A stretch of DNA of 64,000 nucleotides from the human T2T-CHM13v2.0 reference genome, Homo sapiens. Both the position numbers and the translations under genes were made by a program. The notes under the pieces are model-generated. The model saw only the letters and a list, made by a program, of their open reading frames with translations. It was not told the origin of the DNA and did not search any database. Positions 55,030 to 64,000 of the stretch are shown piece after piece. Where the stretch lies: the NCBI RefSeq assembly GCF_009914755.1, contig NC_060936.1. One strand, given 5' to 3'. How positions within the stretch are numbered: the first letter of the stretch is position 1; each line of letters begins with the position of its first letter.

Positions 55030-55648
55030 TTTGTTTAACAGAGTTGCTGCCTAGGCATTCACCTACAGGTCTGTCATCAGTTGTTTAAAACCCAGTCATA
55101 ACTTGTCATCTTTGGCCTCATTAAACCTCCCCCTCCCCGTGTGCAATTTGCGATACAGCCAGCTTGTCCTCATCTCACTGACCCCAAATCCACAAATGCC
55201 ACAGCTGCTGACCATGATAAAATTTACTTGTCAACACCAGAGTGATGTAAATAAGTTCCCTACTTCCAGCATGTTTTCTTTAGATATCCAACCCATAACC
55301 CCCATGGGAAAGCCTAAAGGAGAATGTTCACGAACCTTAATAAAGGTGAAGTCCCACAGGTCCTCTCTCTCTCCCCTCCTGCTGGTTGACGTCTCCTTTG
55401 CCTCCAGACCTCCCCTCAGCCTCCCATCGGCACCCATAACCTCTCTGGGGTCTGTAAGTAATAAATTCATTCTCTTCCATGCATTTTGGCTTCATCTTTT
55501 CATTGTGTCTCTGACTGACACATTTGACTCTAACTCTCCTCCTGTCAGGGCCCTCCTAAAAGATGGCTATCTCAGCTTGTGACCCCTGTCAATAGAGAGA
55601 ACTGAAGACTAACTTAGACAAAAATCATGACAATGAAAAGCACAATAC
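55030..55648 (+). mobile_element. ERV1-class solo LTR (MER67-like)
   Basis: CAGCTGCTGACCATGATAAAA...GTCAACACCAGAG; TATA-like CTTAATAAAGG, later AATAAA, GGCTATCT end motif. Confidence 0.55.
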
Positions 55649-56027
55649 AGACACTCCACGCTCCTTCACACAGAGCAGCTGCTCTGTCTTCATCAGTTGT
55701 ACAGAGTGTGGCTCTGTGAAAGTTTTATTTGATGAAATGGGGAACCCTCCATGTTCAAATGGTGACAGGCAGCATTTGGGGTGTGATGGGGGCCAGGCAG
55801 ATGTGTGTTCACATCCTGCTTCTTCCACTTTCCAGCTCCAGAATCTTTGCAAAGTTATCCAAATACTTTGAGCTTTAGTTTCTTCATTTACAAAATTCAT
55901 TACATAAATTGTTGGAACAAACAGTTTTACATGTTTATGATGTGCCAAGCATTGTTCCAGACCCAGGGGAGAAAGCAGTAAATCAAACAAACTTAGTCCC
56001 TGTTCTAGAGCTTCTAGTATAGTGCTG

Positions 56028-56760
56028 CAGTGTCTGAACCTTTCTTCATTCTGTGGATCATTTTGGCAGTCTGAAGAAGCCTGTAGAACCTTCTCACATT
56101 ATTATTTGTAGTGAAATAAAGTATAAAGTACTTTACATGCATAAAGTAAAATACATAGCATCACAAAGGAGATAAATTATACTGCAATGTATGTATCACA
56201 ATCTGTGAAACAGTAATAACATATCAATTTCCTTGTTAGTAACCAGATTGATATGGTTTGGCTGTGTCCCCACCCAAATCTCATCTTGTAGCTCCCATAA
56301 TTCCCACATGTCATGAGAGGGACCCGGTGGGAGGTAACTGAATCATAGGGACGGGTCTTTCCCATGCTGCTCTCTTGATAGTGAATAAGTCTCACGAGGT
56401 CTGATGGTTTCATAAAGGGGAGTTTTCCTGCACAAGCTCTCTCTTGCCTGCCTGTCTTGCATGTAGGATACCCCTTTCTCTTCCGCCATGATTGTGAGGC
56501 CTTCCCAGCCATGTGAAACTGTGAGTCAATTAAACCTCTTTCCTTTATAAATTACCCAGTCCCGGGTACGTCTTCATTAGCAGCGTGGGAACAGACTAAT
56601 ACAAAGATCTAGTGATGGGTCAAATAGCTAGCATAATTTTAAAGTAGTGGTGAATATAAGTGACGTTTTAAAACATCAGCCATGACTGTAATATGATATG
56701 AAAATATAATTTCTACTATTAACAAAGTCACACATACTGCTAATATTACTATGGTCATTA
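56028..56760. mobile_element. MER119-like hAT element split by THE1
   Basis: TTTGGCAGTCTGAAGAAGCCTGTAGAACCTTCTCA...AAATACATAGCATCACAAAGGA; resumes GATCTAGTGATGGGTC. Confidence 0.6.
56249..56603 (+). mobile_element. THE1B-like solo LTR
   Basis: TGATATGGTTTGGCTGTGTCCCCACCCAAATCTCATCTTG...AATTAAACCTCTTTCC...GACTAATACA; TSD CAGAT/AAGAT. Confidence 0.95.
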
Positions 56761-58305
56761 CTGAAATGAACCACTCAATGTAATTTGGAGCCTCTAAACT
56801 TTGGTTTGAATTCTATTTCTGCCATAGTTTTCAGTTGTCATCTTGGAAAAGACAACTCGCTTCTAGGACACCTGTGTCCTCCACAAGATGAACAGAGCAG
56901 GAGCTATGCAAGAAAGTGTTGTCTGAAAGAGACACAGTGTCTGGAAAGAACCTGTGCGTTAAGTAGGATGGTTTTGCTTACAAGTGAAAACACCCACTCT
57001 GATAGAATGAGCGTTGGGTGTGTGCCAATTCTTGAACCCATTTCAAGGGACAGAGGAATGTGAGATGCTGACTGCCTGCAGGCCTTGGTCCAGGCAGTAC
57101 CTCTGGAACTGGGGATGATGTCAGCTCAGATAAGAGAAATATAAATAAAAGTGGCTGGGGGAGAGTAATTTTCTCAGGATTGCAGGACAATGAACATAGC
57201 AGGTTTGGGATGAAGTGCTATGTAACCACAGTTCCATAATCAGGACCTTGCTTCCTGAGTTAAGTTGCTCTGCCTGTTTTTACAGTGTTTTAAGATGCAC
57301 CAAGATTCAACATTTTTAACACTAGTATTGGGAGTTATTTCCAATTTTCACCATGACATACAAACAGAGATTAGTTAAATTCTGGATGTCAGTACTCCCT
57401 TGTGATCACACAGTCCTAGTCACTGGGTTGGTACCTCTGCCTCTTTGCTTCAGTCATGATTCACCTGCTTCCCAATAGTGAATGCAAGTCCTGAATTTGA
57501 AGTATTAAGAAAGGGCATGCATTCTTTTTCCTTGTCCAGTAACAGGATCAGCTGAAATCAAATAACTAAAATTGTTCTCCTGGGATCTCTCTTTCAAGTG
57601 GAATTTGTAAGCAGTCATATCCATGAGCTACACACTTCACAGAAATCACCAAACTGCTTTGGGCACCTTGTTCCCACTTAACTATAATGCTTCTCATTTT
57701 CCTTCTCTAGATGAGGCCCCCACAACTGCCATCCATCACAACATCATAAGCTTTTAGGAAGTGATCACTTGAGCATAGAAATGAACAGTGTTGTTATAAC
57801 ATAAAGATATCTCAAGCTGTCAATTCCTGTAGACCCCTGGATCCCAGAGGGTGGCATTGTTTAAAGAAGGGCACACAATTGCCCATATTTAAGAAGAAAT
57901 AGTTATTTCTTGGAAACTGCTAAATTTTCGTATGAAAGTAGATAAGCATTCTGTTTCAAAGTGGATTCTTTGAAAGCAATAGTGAAATCTTTAGGATTGC
58001 TGAGAGTTTGTAGCTAACTGAATACTATGGTTCCCATTTGCAGAAAAAGAGTTGCCTACATTGGAAAATCTATCATTTTGCATTTAAGAAAACCAAAGCA
58101 AATAAACAAACAAAGAAAAACATATGGTTTCCTCTTATCGGGGGGAAATTCGTTGAAGGACTAAGAAAAGGATTTTTTTTTTGCTTTTAGTAAGTGACAC
58201 AACATTTTGGTGTGTTTTTGTAAAGAGGTCGATGTTAGGGACTGGTCATTTTCAGTGTTGTTTTATGTATTCTTGAGAAATAAATCTACTCATCTAAGAA
58301 TGGAA

Positions 58306-58482
58306 TGTTCAGGACAATGGCCACTAGCTGCATGTGGCTATTTAACTTTAAATAATTTCAAAATTCAGTTCATGGGTTGCATTGGCCTCATGTCCAGGGC
58401 TCAGCAGTCACAGTGGGCACTGCATTGATCAGCATAGAGTACAGAACACCTTCACTGCAGAAGGTCCCATTGCACAGTGCTG
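58306..58482 (-). mobile_element. MER3/MER33-like hAT element
   Basis: GGCCACTAGCTGCATGTGGCTATTT...AGAACACCTTCACTGCAGAAGGTCCCATTGCACAGTGCTG. Confidence 0.65.
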
Positions 58483-59899
58483 CCCAAGCCTTATGAAGAG
58501 AAATGATGGGGTGGGTTTGACGTGATACAGGAAAACAAAAACAGTTTTGCAGCAAGTGGTTCCATTAATATGTGTTCGTGTCCTGAAATATTATGCGTAA
58601 ATGTTTGAAAATCACATCACATCATGATTGGTTTGGATTATAATAACTTAGCAAAGCATCTTATTTGTACATTCAGCTGGCTTAATAGGTTCATATGGCT
58701 TTACTTTTCCATTTGAAGGATAAGATGGGGAATAATTTATCAAACAGAAAAACAATACTCGTCATAATTGGCCTTCTAGTTTTTGGTTTTTTAATAAGGC
58801 ATTGGAAGAACGCTCTCAGATTCTTTCTGACATGAATTCTCTCCTGTTTCTCCTGACATCACCTGTTTCTTTTTGGTGAATCTAATGTGGAAGAAATAGA
58901 TATATAATTTATATTATAGAATTATATTTAATTTATATATAAAATATGTTTTTCAAAAATCCTACAGCTTATTTTCTTATTTAAAAAATAAAATTGATTT
59001 GGAAGGATGAAAGGGATGAGAGTTCTCCATGAATTTTCCCTAAAAACATTGTTTTCTTTCCTCCTTTTTTTCTAAGGAAACCGTTGAACATTTTATAAAT
59101 TTGTCTTAACTAGGCGCACTCCTCTGAGATGCATCTTAGGCCTTGAGTTTTAGGTCACTGTGGCAGGTCTAGGATTTAACAAGGGGCATGTTTTGCCCTT
59201 CCCCAAGTCACCTGCACTTAATACAGCATCAGACAATGGAGTCTATGAGAGATGACAGTTGCTGTGCTATTTTGTGTTTTGTTTTGTTTTGATGTGCCCT
59301 CTCTGTTTCATGTCCTGTGCTGCACTTTAACATACAAAATTAGTTAGGCCTGTCTCTTCCTTGAAGTTCCCAGTACAGCCAAGAGGCAAAGATGGAGTGT
59401 GTGTGAGGGACAGAGAGCGTAGCCCAAGACTCTTGCCATTGGAACCTATGTGGCACCTACCAGCTTACAGTTTCTACTGAACAACAGGGTTCATTTATGT
59501 TTAAGTAAAATCTTCATTTCAGGCTCGATTTTTAACAGTTTCATGCTTTTCCTCTGGAGTTTTCCTCCCTGTAGTGCCATGTAATCAAGCTTAGGTTTTA
59601 ATTAAACAGGTGCTATTCGCTTGTTAGTCCTGTGGAAACCTGATGTTTCCCAAATTTTAATTTAGTCCACGCTGGATAAGAACATTTCTTCAGACAAAAA
59701 AGAAACGTGATTAGTGAGGTATAGTGGAAATGAGGCAGAAATGTACTGAAGTGTGGATAGATTCAGGTAGAGGAGGAATAAACACTTAAGTAATTGTAAT
59801 CAGGCATTGGAGCTGGGGTGTATGCAGATCAAGCTGCATTGGTAGGAGCAGAGGATGCAGAAGCACAGGGAATCCACACTAAAGTTCACAACTGAAAGT

Positions 59900-60380
59900 T
59901 ATCTACCTACTTCTGTCTTCATGTCCTTCTGCTGTATGTCTGTCTTTCTGTCTACCTTGGAGCCTCATTCTCTCTCTCCCTCAGTCTGCAGTTGTCTACG
60001 TGTCTCTAAGGTGATCTTCTTTGTCTGTTTCTACCTATCTGAACTCTGTTTCTGTCTCTATTTAAACCTGCATGTTCTTTGCCTCCCTTTCTTTCTGTAT
60101 TTCTTTCTGCCACATGTCATATTTCTCTCTGTCTCTAATCATGTTTGCTCTCTAATTGCTAATCTCTAGCCCTGTTTGTTTAAGGTTATCTTTCTTTACC
60201 TCTCTTAAATATCCTATTTCTTCTGTTTCTGTCTCTCTGTTATGCTTCTCTCTTTACTTAGGCTTGGTGCACTCTTACGTGGTCTCTTGTTTTTCCATCT
60301 TACCATCAATCCTCTTTTTTTGTAGCTCTCTGTCTGTTTGCCTCTACATTTCTCATTGTTTTTCCTCCTCTTTCCCCAAG
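59900..60380. repeat. Degenerate CT-rich low-complexity tract
   Basis: Strong pyrimidine skew with repeated TCTG/TCTC/TGTC words. Confidence 0.7.
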
Positions 60381-60562
60381 AAGGGATCTCCTTAGCCTGT
60401 CCTTCTTGGCTCAAAATGAAGCAGTTACATATGCCTCTGACAGACTGATAGGAACCTGTCTCTCAAACAGCATCCTCTATTCAGCCTCAGAAAATAAATA
60501 CCATGGGTGCTGAGAACATCAATGCTTCATTCACCTATTCCTTGCCTTCATGGAAAGCTGAG

Positions 60563-61810
60563 TCTTTATAGTAGAATGATTTATAATCCTTTGGGTATAT
60601 ACCCAGTAATGGGATTCCTGGGTCAAATGGTATTTCTGGTTCTAGATCCTTGAGGAATCTCCACACTGTCTTCCACAATAGTTGAACTAATTTACACTCC
60701 CACCAACAGTGTAAAAGCATTCCTATTTCTCCACATACTCTCTAGCATCTATTGTTTCCTGACTTTTTAATGATCGCCATTCTAACTGGTGTGAGATGGT
60801 ATCTCATTGTGGTTTTGAGGTGTGGTGTTTCATATGTTTGTTGGCCACATAAATGTCTTCTTTTGAGAAATGTCTGTTCATATCCTTCACTCACTTTTTG
60901 ATGGGGTTGTTTGTTTTTTCTTGTAAATTTGTTTAAGTTCCTTGTAGATTCTGGATATTAGCCTTTTGTCAGATGGATAGATTGCAAAAATTTTCTCCCA
61001 ATCTGTAGGTTGCTTGTTCACTCTGATGATAGTTTATTTTGCTGTGCAGAAGTTCTTTAGTTTAGTTGGATCTCATTTATCAATTTTGGTTTTTGTTGCC
61101 ATTGTTTTTGCTGTTTTAGTCATGAAGTCTTTGTCCATGCCTATGTCCTGAATGGTATTGACTAGGTTTTCTTCTAGGGTATTTATGGTTTTAGGTCTAA
61201 CATTTAAGTCTTTAATCTATCTTGAATTAATTTTTGTATAAGGTGTAAGGAAGTGGTCCAGTTTCAGTTTTCTGTATATGGCTAGCCAGTTTTCCCAACA
61301 CCATTTATTAAATAGGGAATCCTTTCCCCATTGCTTGTTTTTGTCAGGTTTGTCACAGATCAGATGGTTGTAGGCCTCTGTTCTGTTCCATTGGTCTATA
61401 CATCTGTTTTGGTACTAGTACCACGCTAAAGAAAATGAGGCACATATATACCATGGAATACTATGCAGCCATAAAAAAGTATGATTCCATGTCCTTTAAA
61501 GTGACATGGATGAAGCTGCAAACCATCATTCTCAGCAAACTAACACAGGAAGAGAAAACCAAACATTGCATGTTCTCACTCATAAGTGGGAGATGAACAA
61601 TGAGAACACATGGACACAGGGAGGAGAACATCACACACCAGGGCCTGTCAGTGGGTAGGTGGCTAGGGGAGGGAGAGCATTAGGAGAAATACCTAATGTA
61701 GATGACGGGTTGATGGGTGCAGCAAACCACCATGGCACGTGTATAACTATGTAACAAACCTGCACGTTCTGCACATGTATCCCAGAACTTAAAGTATAAC
61801 AACAACAAAT
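60563..61810 (+). mobile_element. L1PA7/8-like element with 5' inversion (antisense 60563-61427, sense 61427-61810)
   Basis: Antisense ORF2 (ORF 60535-60720 LLHCWWECKLVQLLWKTVWRFLKDL), then sense 3' end ...CCCAGAACTTAAAGTATAACAACAAC; AGCTGAG at 60556-60562 and 61811-61817. Confidence 0.92.
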
Positions 61811-62649
61811 AGCTGAGGCTGGGCCATGCAAGGAGTTTGTTCAAATTCTTCATACTTTTCTGTTTATTTTAAAACAATATGAGCCTGCACAGATACCAAC
61901 ACAGCAAAAGCCACTCACAGCTCATTTTTCCAATTGCATCCTCATTGCCTCATTGAAAACAATTTCCCTTAAGGGGTTAAGGGCATTGACTAAGAGTGTG
62001 CGTTTCAGAGATGGACATCCATGGGTGTGATTCAACCTCTGGTACTGACTAGATGTGTGGCTTTGAGTGAGTAACTACACACCTCAGTGACCTTTTCTAA
62101 AAAGTTGGTTTAACGATGGTAGTTCCTTCTCAGGGTGTCTGCTCTTGCCTTGGTATCCACTTGGACTGCTCTGGTCTTAATCTTTACCTGCTTGGCTCAT
62201 GCATATTTCCTTTTGGTGAAGCCGACTTCCCTTAGGCTTTCCAAACCAGCTTTTTCTCCCTTTTAAGTAGATCATAATTTTTAAAAGAATTCTTCATCAC
62301 TGAACATTTGGAAAGAACTTTTCATCTTTGCAAAGCTGGCAGACTGGGGATTATTACTTCCATCTTTATGAATGGGAAACGAAGACTAGAGAGATTATTG
62401 CTGGGTCTGAGTCACCAGGAAGTTGGTGGCAGAACTAGGACTTGAACCTGTCTCTCCTGATTCTCCTCACAGCCATTTGTCTTGCATCCTTAAGTTGCTG
62501 GTGTAATGATCAGTGTCTGTAGTTGAAAAAGCAAAGCATGCATACAAGTGAAGGAATCATTGGTACTTCTAGGTTCCTGTGGAAGGCATGATGCCTTTAG
62601 ATCACCAATCCCTCAGTGAGGTCAGATTGCAGAAGATATTGATTTATTT

Positions 62650-63090
62650 TTTATTAGAACCCTTTGGTTGGGACTTTTCTGATTGCAAATAAGAGAAACT
62701 TGCTGGAGCTAGCTGGAGCACAGATAGGATTTATTATGATAACAGCGTGCCTCACTGACCCCAAAGACAGGGAAGGAGCCACTCCTCAGGAATGAGCTGG
62801 ACCCAAAGCTCCAGGCTTATAGGAAGTTTCTTCCACCTTCCATCTCTGCTTCTGTCGGCACCTCTGCTTCATGCTTCCCTGCCTTCTCCACTTCCCAGGT
62901 CATGTGGCAGAAAGTAGCTACCAATCTTTCCTGAGTTAACGTCTCCTTCTTTCAAATGAGAGGTAGACCAAGGCTGGAATCCATTATTTCTTCCAATTCC
63001 CCAAGGGAATGGCTCATTGGCCCAATGTGTGTCATCTTTGGACCAATCCACAGCAGCTAGGTGGGCAGGGTTATATAGACATAATGGTTA
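62650..63090 (-). mobile_element. Old MLT1 LTR (MIR fragments upstream at ~61985-62140 and ~62310-62470)
   Basis: GATTGCAAATAAGAGAAACTTGCT...CATTGGCCCAATGTGTGTCATCTTTGGACCAATC. Confidence 0.6.
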
Positions 63091-63629
63091 CCAGGCAACC
63101 CTTTGATGTTTCTGCGACAGTGGGGGTTAAGAACAGGAAAATTCCCAACAGGTGCTTATGGCAGCATTGATTAATGGCTTTGCACTCACTCAACAAACAT
63201 TATTTGAATGCTATGCCAGGCACCTGGCACTGTGCTAGAAACTGGCTCAAAGAAATGCATTCCCTTCCCTTGTGGAGCTTACAACCCTGCTGTTTTTCTT
63301 TGATTCAGTTCTCATTCTCTGCAGGAAAAACATTCATCCTTAATGTTAATTTACCAGTTTCCACCTTGCCAATAGAGAGGTTAAAGATGCACCTATTCTT
63401 CATTCTGTAGGGCTAGTGGTGAATATTATTCTTGATCAAGTAAATATGTTGATGATATTCATAAGGCCTATTTCCCAACTGTCTTCTTTATTAGTGACTC
63501 CTAGTGTGCTGAGATAGTAGGAATTTACCATGGAGTTATCATTAAAACATGCTGCTCCAACATTTTACCCACCTTTCCTCTAATAATAACTGTTCCAATA
63601 ATGTAAAGACAACACGCTGAGCTTAGCTG

Positions 63630-64000
63630 ATGTCTTAGTCCATTTTGTGTTGCTACAAAGGAATACCTGAAGCTAGGTAAAGAGGTTTATTTGGCTCACA
63701 GTTCTGAAGGCTGTACAAGAAGCATACAGCTGTCATCTGTATCTGGTGAGGACTCAGGGAGCCTCCCCTCATAGCAGAAGGCAAAGGGAAGCTGACATCA
63801 CATGGCGAGAGAAAGGAAGGAAGAGAAGAGGAAGGTGCCAGTCTATTTTTAATAACCAGACCTTGCAGGAAGTAAGAATGAAGATGCATTCACTTCCAGC
63901 AGAATGACACCAAGCTATTAATGAGGGATCTGCCCCCATACCTCAAGTACCTCCCACTGGGCCCACCTCCAACACTGGGGATCAAATTTCAACATGAGAT
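63630..64000 (-). mobile_element. MSTA/B LTR, cut by window end
   Basis: TGTCTTAGTCCATTTTGTGTTGCTACAAAGGAATACCTGA...GAGGGATCTGCCCCCAT...GGGGATCAAATTTCAACATGAGAT. Confidence 0.9.

Noticed and set aside
55103-55582. 159-aa ORF
   Set aside because: Entirely inside a solo LTR; non-ATG start; no gag/pol/env similarity

Overview
This is primate (almost certainly human) non-coding genomic DNA, intergenic or deep intronic. It is densely tiled with interspersed repeats: Alu J/S/Y, L1PA/PB/M, L2, MIR, MaLR LTRs (MLT1/MST/THE1), ERVL/ERV1 LTRs and hAT/Tigger DNA-transposon fossils. I cannot support any protein-coding exon, RNA gene or CRISPR array; the ORFs I recognise are Alu, L1, L2 or LTR read-throughs. 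I see no evidence of a new multi-gene system. The unusual signals are structural. (1) A ~210-bp young L1PA insertion with a perfect 16-bp TSD contains a spacer-less, perfect 96-bp palindrome (40327-40422). (2) The two opposite ends of a Tigger3 transposon, in the same orientation, bracket ~6.4 kb of older DNA (candidate Pack-TIR-like capture, 11815-18958). (3) A polyadenylated, TSD-flanked retrocopy of an MST LTR transcript sits at 15524-15731. (4) A perfect 16-bp-stem hairpin lies in an L2-tail-like sequence (4298-4335). (5) A twin-primed L1 lies at 60563-61810. Repeat subfamily names come from recalled consensus features, not from a RepeatMasker run, and boundaries of old repeats are approximate.
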